The notes under the pieces: model-generated
What the model was told of the DNA's origin: nothing
The model's database searches: none
Seen by the model: only the letters and a program-made list of their open reading frames with translations
Part shown: piece by piece, positions 13,254-26,695 of the stretch
Layout of the letters: the number at the start of each line of letters is the position of its first letter
Numbering within the stretch: position 1 is the first letter of the stretch
Position numbers and translations under genes: made by a program
NCBI RefSeq assembly: GCF_001194135.2
Contig: NC_068999.1
Location: forward strand, 3,211,781-3,275,780
Reading direction: 5' to 3'
Source: Octopus bimaculoides
Lineage: Eukaryota
Length of the DNA: 64,000 nt

Positions 13254-13559
13254 GGAGATGGAGGAGGGAAGGAGGGAGATGGAGGAGGGAAGGAGGGAGG
13301 TGGTGGAAATAGCTGTATGTGTTTGTAAAGAATTATTAAATTGTTCATAATGAAGTTAGGAATCTAATCTCTGTTGCCAAGGTTACACAGCATTTATTGT
13401 TGTGTCACATTAGACTCTGTTACCTTAGGCTATTTGGTGGTGTTACTATGGAATAAGTGTGTAGGATGTTGATGAGATGGGTAAGGGCAGATGGGATGTG
13501 TGTGTGTGTGTGTGTGTGCGTGTGTGTGTGTGAGTCTTTTTGACATCATGCAACAGTTG

Positions 13560-14130
13560 TAAACAAGTGTCCCTGTCATATAAGCAGTGTTCTTCATTTC
13601 TAGTCTTCTATGAAAACATGTCCAGCCATGGAGAGATATCGCTTTGTTTGTAGTGTGCAAGGGAGAAGACATTGCTGGTATGGTTGCATGATGCATATGG
13701 AGAAGGACGGCTGCATAAAGAAGTGCCAATCTGTAATTGTGGAGGGAATCTGTGGAAGAGGTAGACCCAGGAAGATGTAGGACAAGGTGGTGAAATATGA
13801 TCCTTGGTTGTTGAGTCTCCTGGAGCCAATGCCAAATGAATGAGACTCCTGGTGATTGAGAAGACATGTCAAGACACGTGGTCATGGCCAGTGACGCATA
13901 AAAGGCAGCCATGTCGGTGACACGCAAAGGGCACCTGTGCTGGTGACCTGTGAAGGGCACCTGTGCTGGTGACCCATGGAAGACACCCAGTACACTCAGT
14001 AAAGTGACTGGTGTTAGGAAATGCATCCAGCTGTAGAAACCAAGTCAAAACAGATGACTGGAGCCTGGTGCTGTTCTCTGGTTTACCAGCTCCAGTCAAA
14101 CTAACCCATTTCAGCATTAAAAAAAAAAAA
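13560..14130 (+). mobile_element. RTE-clade LINE 3' end (decayed ORF C-terminus plus 3' UTR)
   Basis: Translation VQGRRHCWYGCMMHMEKDGCIKKCQSVIVEGICGRGRPRKM* matches the RTE C-terminal pattern RRLRWxGHVxRM...GxRxRGRPRKTW; followed by the family D tail and poly-A. Confidence 0.85.
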
Positions 14131-15399
14131 AACAGATGTTAAATGATGAGGAGGAGGAGGATTTGAAAAGCGGAAGAGCATCTAACCATAGAAAATTTGC
14201 TTCAGTGAATGCCCATACAAGCATGGAAAGTGGCCATTAAATTGATGACAGATTTTCAGTGCAGTTATGTATGTGTATCTGTCGCTACCATTGCTGGTGT
14301 ATTTGACATTGAGAAATGCATGCATGTCTCTCCCTCACATTTTCTTTTCACTTAAGAAGCACAGAGGAAACGAAAATTAAACCTCAAGTGATCCAGTTTC
14401 AGTTCTTACCAGTGGCCATTCCAACTTTGATTTGTGTGACCTCTTCAATGATTACCTGCTCTTCTTCTCTCTGTCTCCTATTCTCTCTCACCTTGTCCTG
14501 TTTATTTTATCTCGTCTTTTTGTGGTTTGTATCACTATTTGTTCATGCATCTGTATCTTTAAGACACAGTTTGTATCCATGTCTGTCCCTAATTTTTATT
14601 TTGCCGTATTCTGTCTTCAGTTGTCAGGTTGTGGGGTACAAATCTCTTCATGGAGTTGGTGTTTGGAACATAACTTAGGATGGGGTGGTTAGAAATGAAA
14701 TTCAAACAATTCAAAAATCTTCAGTTTTGTATGATAAAAGCCAGGTGTAGTACGAAGCAGGTCATCATCGGATGGGTTAAATCTAAAATGTTTCACACAA
14801 AACATCAAACAGTCATCCGTGCAGGAGTGTTACCTATATTCGGTAGCAACATGGGAACGACGTGTGTGGAATGCTTACGGCTTATGAATGAATAGAATGA
14901 GGACAGTTATTTATAGAAACATGGTTCAAACTCAAGCAGTGGAGAAATACCGAGAAATTACAGGTGACATGTTAACACATTTCTCATGCCCTGGCAGATC
15001 AACACAACTTTCTTGGAATTTTTATAAATTCATTTCTATTATGTGACCATTTTACCTATATCATCATCATCATTTAACATGTTTCCCATACTGGCATGGG
15101 TTGGGCAGTTTGACAAAAGTTGTCAAGTTAGAGGAGTGCACCAACTTCTTGTGTGGTATGTGTGTGTGTGTGATCATCATTGTCATCTGTTTATGTCTAT
15201 TTACTGTGCTGTCATAGGTCGGACACATTCATCACTGTCCGAGTTTATATTCAAACTCAATGTTTTCCAAGCCAAATCGAAACACCATGTCTTGCTTTTA
15301 TATTACATTTTTGGTTTGGTTGCCATGGCTAGATGCCCGTCTTGTCACCAACTGTATTACAGAATGTACTGGTGGCATTTTATCAAGGCATCCATATGT

Positions 15400-15700
15400 G
15401 CTGGCTCAAGCCATTACTGCAGAAGCTGGACGTTCCAAAGAGCACCTCGTTTGAACTAGGATGCAGAAGATTTGTGTCAGCTTGTGCAAACAATGTCACT
15501 GTAATAGTGTTGGACATCACGTAAATTGAGGTGATTGGCACTACCCCAAGGGACTGTGAAGCAGTGACAGGAGCAAAGATTAACCCAGAGAAGTCAGTGA
15601 GCCTGCAGGTCAGCCCCTGGAAAGGCGTGATATGGTGCTGAATGGCAAGACCAGTGAAATTACTTAGGGACCTCCAGAGCAAACCAGACCCCAAGGATGC
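15400..15700 (+). mobile_element. Decayed Tx1/L1-type LINE reverse transcriptase fragment
   Basis: Translation PLLQKL...FVSACANNVTVIV...EAVTGAKINPEKSV...PVKLL; CANN is read as a decayed YADD, and GAKINxEKS is typical of Tx1/L1 RT. Confidence 0.7.
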
Positions 15701-15721
15701 AAGGTTGACTTAGCCACTCAT

Positions 15722-15823
15722 CCATTCAAGGTCGATAAAATAAGTACCAGTTGTACATTGGGGTCAGTGTGATCGACTGGCGCTCCCCTCAAAATTTCAG
15801 GCCTTGTGCCTATAGTAGAGAGG

Positions 15824-15871
<48 letters not shown>

Positions 15872-15880
15872 TATACATTC
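15722..15880 (+). mobile_element. SINE family A 3' half with (ATT)n tail
   Basis: ggtcgataaaataagtaccagtt...ccttgtgcctatagtaga then (ATT)n. Confidence 0.75.
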
Positions 15881-17559
15881 TGAGTTTAAATCTTGCAAGT
15901 GTGAAACTTTACCTTCCCTTCTGCAGTCAGTAAATAGGTACCAGTGATACACTGAGGTCTACGTAATGAACTGTCCCTCTCACAAAAGTGCCATTGTTAT
16001 TCTAAAAGGAGGAAATGGTAGAATGACTACAGAAGGGATAGTTACTTCCCCCCTTTTTATATTTTCAGTTCAAATTCTGTCACATGAGGGTGGATAAAAT
16101 AAATAGTCTCATACTGGGTTTGATCCCGTGAACTGAATCTCTCCCTTATACATTCGTAGTTTTTATTTAAGAGCTGAGGGAAGAAGAGCCGCCCATGGCA
16201 CTTCCAGCCCCTTCAGGGTTACATATTGTGTGTCTACCCTGCAGTGAATGCTTGTAGTTTTTATGCTGTGGCTGTTAGAGCCATTGTTAATGGTCAGCCT
16301 AACGAAGAGGGCTTTTAAACTGTGGTCATTTCAGATGTCAAGAAATATAAACATACACATACACACCTCACTATATGTAATAAATAGGTAGCTACTGTAT
16401 GAAACTAGGCCCTGTAGTTAAACCACGGGGCTTTTGGCAGCTTTGAATCTAAATTGAACCAATTGGTTTCATCATATTTATGACTCATCAGAATTCCCCT
16501 ATTTCTCCCCTCCTAAATTCTGAGAGACAGTTGAGAAGAGCTAGTTATTAAACTGTGATTGGTTCGTTAAATTAATAAAGCTGGTAACCAATCATCAATT
16601 ATTATAGTACAAACACAGTGTGAGTTATTAATCATCATCGTTATTATATCACCAATTTATGGTTGGCTTCCATGTTGGTGTGGATGTGTTGGCAAGTTCA
16701 ACAGGATCAAGCAATGTCTCTAGTTTCTATGGCTTTAGAGTATGTGGTCATGGTTGGATGGTCAGTCACTCTGGTTCAACAATGAGAGTTCATTTGATTA
16801 ATAAATTGAGTTATCTGTTGCTTCTGAATTAATCTGTAATTGGTTGAGTATCCCATAGAGATGTCTACCCTTAATATAATTCTCTGGTAGACATCAGCAT
16901 GACTTAGTGTCAGACAAAGATGTACCTTTAAATTACTGTTACAATCTATTCAGTAGGCTTCTCTATAGTTTCCCCCATTTTCACAAGATATAGATCGCCA
17001 TAAATGATATTAGCCCCAGACGTCATGCAGTGGAGACTGATCCCAAGACCTGGTGGTTATGAAGTGGAATGTCTCAACCAGTGGGCCATTTCATGGCCTG
17101 CATGGTGTGGTTTTACGTAAATGACAAATAAACCTGTTGTGTTGCTGTGAAACCAGACTCTATCGTTAAACCATGTGTTGTCTCAATGACATCATCATCA
17201 TAATCATCATAATCATTGTCTTGTAAAGCTACCTTCACTGGTGATGATAATGATAATGATGATGGTGGTGGTGGTGGTGGTGGTGGTGGTTACTGTGATA
17301 TTGAACTACATGGTCTAAACCTGGAATTAGGAAATATGAGAGGTTGTTTGTGTGTGTTAACTGATAACTTTCTCTTCTCCTCCTTCCCCTCGTGAGTAGT
17401 TTAACTGTTTAATGAGAGACTGAATGGTCGATGTTCTAGACTGTGTAATCTCTGTTTCATGTGTGTGTGTGTGTGTATATGTATGTATACGTATGTATAT
17501 ATCTGTGTGTGTGTGTGTAGTCTGTTGGTGGATCTCTTCATTCACTGTTGTGCGTTCTG

Positions 17560-17800
17560 CAGAATTTCTGTCTCACCTACGCCACTACCTCCTCCATCAT
17601 CTCTGTGTGTATACCTCTACCACCTACACTGCTATTTCCATCACCTCTATTCCAGCACCACCATCACCACCACCTCCTTCAGCTACACCATTACCACACC
17701 CATGTGCACTCTCATATCGACACCTCTCCCACCTCTTTCACTGCTTGCATCATCTCTACACCACTACCACCACCACTACTACTACTACCACCAAACCATC
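17560..17800. repeat. CAC/CAT/ACT-rich low-complexity tract
   Basis: Degenerate trinucleotide repeats; explains the His/Thr/Pro-rich ORFs. Confidence 0.8.
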
Positions 17801-18292
17801 TCCAGCCACTTTTCTATGTTTGTGATGTTTGTACTCAGACCATTGCAGCTATCTGTTGCAGACCGCATATCATAATTATTTATTATATATATATATATAA
17901 TTTGTATGTGTGTGTGTGTTTTGCTGTATGTTTAGATGTGCATCCCCCAAAGATGTCTCCATTACATGCAATAATAAATGGAGGGACCCAACTGGAGTGA
18001 AAGGTCTGCAGAAATTTGTAATGCTATTTCTGACTCATGGACACTTGCTTATGTCACTTTGCCATTCTTAGTCATCTTTCCATTGCACTCTTACCACCAA
18101 AACCACCATCACCACTACCACCACCACCTCCACCACCCGTTGCCACCACTTTCCTCCACCACTTCCACTCCTAATCCGTTCCTCAGTCTCTTATCAAATA
18201 GTCTTCAAACATTGTCAGAAGTCAGAACTCACTCCACCTTCCACCAGCTCTTTCATGTATCACAGTTATATATGTGTGTGTATGTATGTATG

Positions 18293-18334
<42 letters not shown>

Positions 18335-19298
18335 AATATGTGTGTATANNNNNNNNNNNNNNNNNNNNNNNNNNNNNNNNNNNNNNNNNNNNNNNNNNNN
18401 NNNNNNNNNNNNNNNNNNNNNNNNNNNNNNNNNNNNNNNNNNNNNNNNNNNNNNNNNNNNNNNNNNNNNNNNNNNNNNNNNNNNNNNNNNNNNNNNNNNN
18501 NNNNNNNNNNNNNNNNNNNNNNNNNNNNNNNNNNNNNNNNTATATATATATATATATTGTATTATATTAAGTTATATCTCCTGTTATTCCATCGCTGTCT
18601 CTATAAAACATTGATGATTGTTATCAAAACTTGTAAATATTCTTGCCTTCTCTGACATGTTAAAAGGATAAAAAGATAAAAAGCAAAAAAATGGTCACAA
18701 ATAAATTAACTTTTTATTATAATTGAAGATTTCGCTCTGATCTGTCGACTAATGTTAGTTTTGATATTTCAAATGATAAATTCCTTGTTATTTTATTTCT
18801 GATTTAACAGCGCCATGTGTTGTTTGGAAATGTCTCTTGGTTCTGCGATGTCATTTTGAAATGGCATTTCTCAATAACAGGCATATAGTGAAATTTGTTT
18901 TTGTCTGAAGGTTCTGCAGTTTGCCACTAGGGTTGGGAGGGGTGGGGGTGAAATGGTTGCATGGATAACTTCTGGGACTATAAATTCCTTGTTTGTGAGT
19001 TCAAATCTGATGTTGCTTGTGTTTTATTCTTTCCTATATCTCAATTCATGCCTGTAAGAAATAGCTACCATCTCAGAGGGAATGTTACTGATGATGGACT
19101 TGTAATCTATCCAGGGATATTTTCCTTCTGCTTCACACCATTAAGCCAGAACTCTCAGCAAAAGACACTTAGAACGAAATAAAGTCTATTTTAATGTATC
19201 CTATACTTTTAGATATTCAACTGTTTATGGCTCAGTCCACCTGGCTGACAATACATTGATGTTGTTGCTCTGGACCATTCAACTCTGAATGTACAAAA

Positions 19299-19589
19299 CA
19301 GGGGTTCTCAACCATTTTTTTTTTATCTATGGACCCCTTTGATTACTGTTTTATTCTGGTGGATCCCATAACCATTCAATGTTTAAAATCTAGATTTTTA
19401 TAGCTACTTCTTTCAAAATTCCTAGGTTGAAGTATTTCAAACATTAGGGAACCTTAGCTATTTCTCGCAAAACATACCAAGGCAAAACTTTTTCAGGGGC
19501 CCCTTAAATTACTATTGTGGATCCCCAATTTACTATTTTGTTGCGTGGTCCCTCAAAAATCTTACATGGACCCTGGTTGAGAACCACTA
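19299..19589. mobile_element. hAT-type MITE nested in a family E repeat
   Basis: TIRs CAGGGGTTCTCAACC / GGTTGAGAACCACTA; flanks continue a family E sequence. No clean TSD. Confidence 0.7.
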
Positions 19590-20176
19590 TGATCAAAAGC
19601 TTTCAGCCATGACCACCTTGTCTTACTACAGGCATCTGGAACTACATTATCCTATGTGTCTTTCCCTATTTTGAGATGCGATCCCAGGGAGTGAGAGTGT
19701 GTCATGGAGATCAGATTGTACCAAAAAATGGTAACTGCTGGCGCTTGGAATGAGCGAAAGGAAGAAAGCTTTTAGTCTCTGTGAAGATGTTCTAATAACT
19801 TTGCAGGTCAGAGGTCATGGTGGTCAGTTGTGGTCAAGATGAATTTAGAACTAATCATTGACTTTTAATAAAAGTATTTGTTTTAGACAAGTGCAGAGTG
19901 TAGTTGCTCAATGTGTTAAAAATAGCAGCCAAATCTCCCTTTAATTACACACTACTGTTTTAAACAAGAAAGGACTTGCAGTGTCACAGTGGCGGCAACA
20001 ACCACAACAACATCAACAATGCAACGAGCAGTGTTGTTGTCAGTGAGGGTGGGGGGCATCTGCTGTACAGTAGCCAAATCTGAAGTTATAATTTTTGGTA
20101 CTGAAATCTCTAAGTGGAACCACTTAACCTTGGGTTTTTCAAAATCTCGTTTACTCACCTTGGTTACCCCAACCCT

Positions 20177-20211
<35 letters not shown>

Positions 20212-20899
20212 AAGCACTTCCCTGCCTCTTTCTCCATTGACTTCATCTACTTCCTCTCTCTCTCTGTTTTTTTTCCCTCTTCTCCCCCATCTTCATCTTC
20301 CACTTCCTCCCCCCTCCATCTCTTCCTCTCTCCGCCTCCCTTTCAAAGTTTATGCAACAGCAGTAAACTATTTCCCACTTTCATCAATATTTAATTATTA
20401 AATATTTATAAACATTAAACATTTATCTGGTTTTGTCTGGCAACCCACCTCGCACACTCCCTGCACTCTCTCACCTCTCAAACCTGCACCTTCCTATTAT
20501 CCCACAAAACCTTTCTTCATTATCACTCTCCTTCTTGTGTATGTGTGTGTATGTATACACACACACACACACACACACACTCTCATATAAGTACACACCT
20601 TTGGCTATCGCTTTGTCTCTAATCTCTAATGTAATATCTCTGTTTTATTTACTGCCACTGTGTGTTTGTGAAGGCTTTGGTGCCAAATATGAACTGTAAT
20701 GAAGCCAGCCAATGCCAGCATGCAAAGAAGACATAAAATGATGATGATGATGATGATGAGATATAAAAATCATCATCCAGTGTTTTAAATCCGGGGTTTG
20801 TCCCCGTTAACAGGGGTGGTTGGATCTACCTCAATGCCATAGCAACCAAAGGTAGGCAGGTGCAGCCCACCCCAACCTTTGGGCTGGCTGGTGCCCATT

Positions 20900-21115
20900 C
20901 TCCTTTGCTATCATGAGGCTTTTTTGGAGCTGGATTTTCTACAGGGAGCATGCCCTTGCTTACCCCCAACCTCAGTTTCTAGACATGAGTGGTCCCAAGA
21001 CCAAGGCCTCCTTTGCTACCATGAGGCTTTTTTGGAGCTGGATTTTCAATGGGGAGCATGCCCTTACTTACCCCCAACCTCAGTTTCTGGATATGAGTGG
21101 TCCCAAGACCAAGAC
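20900..21115. repeat. Two-copy tandem repeat, 108-bp unit
   Basis: ctcctttgcta(t/c)catgaggcttttttggagctggatttt...gtcccaagaccaag starts at 20900 and 21008, with few differences. Confidence 0.92.
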
Positions 21116-21224
21116 CTCTACCACAATTTTTAAGAAATGTGGTGGAAAACTAGCTCAGGAAGGCAGGGACGCTACTCCCTGAGACCCCTTTCAGAGTGCC
21201 CCCTACTTATGATGATGATGTATA

Positions 21225-21600
21225 GAAATCCTCATTTAATGTCTGTTTTCAGTACTGACATAAATGGATGGTTTGGCAGAATGTGTTGAGCTGACAGGAT
21301 TGTACTGAGCTTCAATATCAGCTTTTGGCATGATTTCTATGACTGGATGTCCTTCCTAACGCTCAACACTTTACAGCGTGTCACTGAGTGTCACTATCCT
21401 CCCCTGCCGAGTGAAGGAGGAGGTGGCTTTATGCCAGGTTCTAAGGGGCTAAAAGTATGATAGGCAGACAGACAAGCACAGATGCCTTGCTCTCGAGGAG
21501 ATACACGACCACCCTGCATTATATGGAGGTGGATGGGAGTAGCTGGGAAGGGGATAGAGATGGTAGTGATCAGTTGTCAGAGTGAACTGTCAGGATAGAA
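21225..21600 (-). mobile_element. RTE-related repeat, family D long form
   Basis: gactggatgtccttcctaacgc motif plus an extension shared with 6960-7130. Confidence 0.6.
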
Positions 21601-21609
21601 GGTGAGGTT

Positions 21610-21840
21610 GCAGGTTCAAACCAGTTCTATGGCACCTTGAGCAAGGGTCTTCTACTACAGCCTCAGGTTGACAAAGAGCATTGTGAGTTGATTTCATAGA
21701 TGGAAACAGAGAAATGCTTGTAATATATATTGGCGTATGTCCGTGTGTCCCCTTGTCTTGACATTGTACAGTAGTTATAAGCAAGTGCACTATCATACAA
21801 GCCTGTGTTGTTTGCTTCCAATCTTCTGTGAAAACAAGTG
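21610..21840 (+). mobile_element. SINE family B head variant
   Basis: caggttcaaacc...ggcaccttgagcaagggtcttctactacagcc; same body as 53922-54190. Confidence 0.7.
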
Positions 21841-21854
21841 CATCATCATCATCA

Positions 21855-22115
21855 TCATCATTTAACGTCTGTGTTCCATGCTAGCATGGATGGGATGGTA
21901 CCACAAGAGGCAGCCAGGTCGAAGTCTGCACCAGACTTCTGTGACTGTTTTGGCAGGATTTTTTACAGCTGGATGCCCTTCCGAACACCAACCACTCAAC
22001 AAAATGGGCTTTGTGCTTTTAACATGGCACAAGCACGGGAAATACCACCTTGCTTGGAAACAAGTGAAGGCTGGCAAGAAGGGCACCTGGCCACAGAAAA
22101 TCTGCTTCAACACAT
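21855..22115 (-). mobile_element. RTE-tailed repeat, family D
   Basis: (CAT)n-tttaacgtctgtgttccatgctagcatgg...gctggatgcccttcc. Confidence 0.75.
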
Positions 22116-22119
22116 TCCA

Positions 22120-22200
22120 TGATGATGATGATGGCAATGATGATGATGGCAATGATGATGATGGCAATGATGATGATGGCAATGATGATGATGATGATGA
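22120..22200. repeat. 15-bp minisatellite (GATGATGATGGCAAT)x4 merging into (GAT)n
   Basis: Directly visible. Confidence 0.9.
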
Positions 22201-23304
22201 TATAGAGTTTTAAAACTCTCTAAAAAGGGAAGTAGATTTTCTGCTTACCCATGAAACAAGATATGCAGTGAAACACTCCTTCCTCCATTGCTTTCATTAT
22301 TCTCTCTTTCTTTCTCTTGCACTCTTTCTTGCTTTCTTTCTATTTCTTTCTCTCTCTCTCTCTTGCACTCTCTCTCTTTCTGTTTCGTGCTCTTTCTCTC
22401 TCTCTGGTACTCTCCTCCTCCTTTTACTCTCTNNNNNNNNNNNNNNNNNNNNNNNNNNNNNNNNNNNNNNNNNNNNNNNNNNNNNNNNNNNNNNNNNNNN
22501 NNNNNNNNNNNNNNNNNNNNNNNNNNNNNNNNNNNNNNNNNNNNNNNNNNNNNNNNNNNNNNNNNNNNNNNNNNNNNNNNNNNNNNNNNNNNNNNNNNNN
22601 NNNNNNNNNNNNNNNNNNNNNNNNNNNNNNNNNNNNNNNNNNNNNNNNNNNNNNNNNNNNNNNNNNNNNNNNNNNNNNNNNNNNNNNNNNNNNNNNNNNN
22701 NNNNNNNNNNNNNNNNNNNNNNNNNNNNNNNNNNNNNNNNNNNNNNNNNNNNNNNNNNNNNNNNNNNNNNNNNNNNNNNNNNNNNNNNNNNNNNNNNNNN
22801 NNNNNNNNNNNNNNNNNNNNNNNNNNNNNNNNNNNNNNNNNNNNNNNNNNNNNNNNNNNNNNNNNNNNNNNNNNNNNNNNNNNNNAATTAATCATTATTA
22901 TAATAGTGCTATCATCATCATCATTATTATTATTATGTAAAGTGTTGGCACGTGTCTCTGGACTATTGTAAGAATTCAATGAAAAAACAATAATAAAGCA
23001 TTGTGTTCTGACATTGTCCAACAACACCATCCAATCCTAAAACACGCTTCTGCTGCTGCTGCAGCTGTTACCATTGCTGTTGTTTAACTGGGTTTCTGTT
23101 TAGTTTTTCCAACTGGTTAGTTTCCAATTTAACCAGATTTATTGGTCAAAGTTTATCTTTTGCTGTTAGAATTTAGACAAGAGTTTCACAGAGAAGCTTT
23201 AGAAATTTTTACCATTATTGTTTCCACTGGAATCTGCTGCCACTACCCACCACGCGTCACCCTCACATTCCAAACTCTGTCCTGTCAATAATGTGTCTTT
23301 TATT

Positions 23305-23525
23305 CTTTTACTTGTTCCACTCAGTAGACTCTGGCCATGCTGGGGTACCGTCCTGAAGAATTTTTTTTGGTTGAATGAATCGCCATCAGTATTTATTTAT
23401 TTAGTTTTAAAGCCCGGTACTTATTCTGTTGGTCTCTTTTGCCAAGATGCTAAGTTACAGGGATGAAAACACACAAACACCAGTTGTCAAGTGATGGTGG
23501 AGGACAAACATGGATGTCAAGACAC
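23305..23525 (-). mobile_element. SINE family B, 3' part
   Basis: cttttacttgttcc...ggccatgctgggg...ggtacttattctgttggtctcttttgcc. Confidence 0.75.
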
Positions 23526-23564
23526 ACACATTTACATATCATCATCATCATCATCATCATCATC

Positions 23565-23905
23565 ATCGCCATGGATGGTTTGATAAGAAGTGTGGCAAAC
23601 CAGGGGATTGTGCCAAGCTCTGTTGTCTGCTTTTGGCTTGGTCCCTACAGCTGGATGCCCTTCCTAATGCCGACCACATGGGGAGCAGTGTGTGTGTGCG
23701 TGTGTCATCATCATCATCATTGTTTAACGTCCATTTTCCTTGCTGGCATGGGTTGGACTGTTTGAATGAGGTCTGGAGAGCCAGGAGACTTCACCAGGCT
23801 CCAATCTGATCTGGCAATGTTTCTACAGCTGGATGCCCTTCCTAACGCCAACCACTCTGAGAGTGTATTGACTGGCTCCTGTGCCGGTGGCACATAAAAA
23901 GCTTG
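23565..23905 (-). mobile_element. Two tandem family D (RTE-tail) copies
   Basis: ctacagctggatgcccttcctaa(t/c)gcc occurs at ~23645 and ~23823, each downstream of a (CAT)n run. Confidence 0.75.
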
Positions 23906-23925
23906 CTTGTGTGTGTGTATGTATG

Positions 23926-23999
<74 letters not shown>

Positions 24000-24394
24000 T
24001 ACACACACAGATATATTTGACATTTCTATTCAGTTGTTACATCCAGTAGTAAATGGTTATTTTTATGGCTGACAGCCAGATATTGTCTCCACAACAACAA
24101 TGGTGGCAGTAGTGGTAGTAATGCAAGATGGTGGTGGTGGTGGTGGTGATAAGGATGGTGCCAGCCTTCTACTGTAAACACCCACCTATTGTTTTGTTGT
24201 TATTTGTTAGTAACAAGGAAACAGCAACTAGTAGCTTGCTTACTTAACAGTTTGTGTGTGTATGTGTGCATTGTATATATATATATATATATATATGTAT
24301 ATACATATAACTTTCACTATAAACACTGACTGTTATAGGGTGGAGTAGTTTCATGGACTATTTAGTGAAGTGAAGATGAGAAGGATGGATATAT

Positions 24395-24438
<44 letters not shown>

Positions 24439-24631
24439 ATATATATATTCACATATAAGCACTTTCTTGTATTAAAGTATGAGAAGAGAGCGAGAGAGAG
24501 GGGTAAATACATGCATACACCCATTTATATCTGTATATGTGTGTGTGTGCGTGTGATTTATAGTTTAAGCAGGAGAGAAAGAGGTAAACACCTACACACA
24601 CACATGCATCCACCTGCCCCCATCTCCACAC

Positions 24632-24713
<82 letters not shown>

Positions 24714-25724
24714 TTATCATCATTTCCTGCCTGTTTTTGATACTGGTATGGGTGGGACACTTTAACAGGACCCAACATGTAGGGCCACATGTGGGAGTCA
24801 CATTCACTGTGTCTAGCTGTGTTTTTGTTTAACCCTGGGTCAACCCTCATCTTGCTTTCAGGAACGGTATACCCTTAGCTGTATGGTGAAAACATCCACC
24901 TAGCACCCATGTGGATCCAGTTTCAATTCCTCTCTGTGACACCTCTGATTCCTGTCTTCTATTGTAGCCTCAAACGGACTAAGACTTTGGGAGTGAAATT
25001 TGGTATAATGGAAACTAGGGTGAAACCTGTGATTTTTGTGTTCATGTGTGTGTTTATCTATTCTGGTGAGCAACATTGTTTCACGTTATTTCAGAAAGTG
25101 ACTTCAGCCGTTCAATAAATGGGAGTTTGTAAAGTACCAGACTGAAATAATTATTAGGGTTGATGGATTAAAACACCTTTGAAGGTGGTGCTCCAGCATG
25201 ACCGCAGACCGATGAGAGAAATCGGTAAAGAAAATGTGGGTGTGTCAGTTTTAGGACAGGTATCTCATGTTGTAAGAGGCAACCAAAAGGGTTGGTGATA
25301 GGAAGGACGTCTGGCCTACCTCAGAGAACCTGTTCAATCCATGCCGTCATGAGAAAGTAGGCGTAAAAACGATCATAACGTGTGTGTGTGTGTGTGTGTA
25401 CAGTTTTGTATGTCCATTTTCTAATATTTTTTTATATAGAGAAATTTCAAAGTACACCTTTGTAGTGGTTGCACCTAATAAAACTGCGTCTTTCTTTTTG
25501 CTCGTGTTGAATCATCAGTAGGTTTCATATATAAAAGGATTAACGAAACCTGTTCTTAATCTGCTGAAGCAAACAAGAAATATTTCATTTTCCTTCTTAC
25601 GTAATTGATTGCTCTGGAGTACCTGATGTAAGGGAGGTAACTTCTCTGTTCTTGGTTGACTTTAATCAGTTTGTAATAAACACAACACCTAGTTACCTCT
25701 CCCTCTCCCTAATGATAACATTCT

Positions 25725-25767
<43 letters not shown>

Positions 25768-25780
25768 TGTGTAATAGAGC

Positions 25781-25992
25781 TTTTCTACTCTAGGCACAAG
25801 GCCTGAAATTTTGGGGGAAAGAGCAAGTCGATTACGTCGACCTCAGTACGTAACTGGTACTTTATTTATCGACCCCGAAAGGATGAAAGGCAAAGTCGAC
25901 CTCAGCGGAATTTGAACTCAGAACGTAACGGCAGACGAAATACCGCTGAGCATTTCGCCCGGCGTGCTAACGATTCTGCCAGCTCGCCGCCT
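25781..25992 (-). mobile_element. SINE family A, full length, apparently young
   Basis: Complete copy with most CpGs retained (cccggcgtgctaacgattctgccagctcgccgcct). Confidence 0.9.
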
Positions 25993-25994
25993 AT

Positions 25995-26695
25995 CTTTTA
26001 CTTGTTTCATTTCTCAGACGGTGGCCATGCTGGGGCACCGCCATGAAGGGTTTTAGTCGAACAACTCGACTCCAGGACTTTTATTTATTTATTTTTTTTA
26101 AAGCCTAGTTCTTATTCCTTTACACGCTTTTGCCGAAATGCTAAGCTGCGGGGGATGTAAACACACCAACACCGATTGCTAAGTGGTGATGGGGAGACAA
26201 ACACAGACACAAAAACACACACTTGGTGACACTGCGGGTGCTGGTGGCACATAAAAAGCATCCAGTCCACACTGTTAAGTGGTTGGCATTTGGAAGGGCA
26301 TCCAGCTGTAAATAAGACAATGCCAAAACTGACCTCACCTGTGCTGGTGCCATGTAAAAAGCACTCGGTCCACTCTACAGGGTGGTTGGTATTAGGAAGG
26401 GCATCCTATCAGAAAAACCCTACCAAAAGGGACACAGTAGCCTAGGGTAGTTTCTATACCTGCCTGGCTCCTGTCAACTGTCCTACCCATGCATGCATGG
26501 AAGACGGACATTAAATGATGATGATGATGTATATACGACAGGCTTCTTTCAGTTTCCATCTACCAAATACACTCACAGAGCTTTGTTCAGCCCGAGGCTA
26601 TAGTAGAAGACACTTGCCCAAGGTGACACACAGTGGGACTGAACCTGGAACCATCTGGTTGGGAAGCGAGCTTCTTACTACACAGCCACACCCAC
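25995..26695 (-). mobile_element. SINE family B interrupted by a plus-strand family D element (~26222-26528)
   Basis: B 3' part at 25995-26220 and B head at 26529-26695, with a D element ending in (GAT)n between them. Confidence 0.75.

Noticed and set aside
20900-21115. CRISPR-like interpretation of repeated units here and at 60210-60335
   Set aside because: Eukaryotic context, no cas genes, and the units are simple tandem copies or too degenerate.
25920-25992. tRNA-like heads with A and B boxes
   Set aside because: They are SINE heads continuing into repeat bodies; no cloverleaf tRNA gene is supported.
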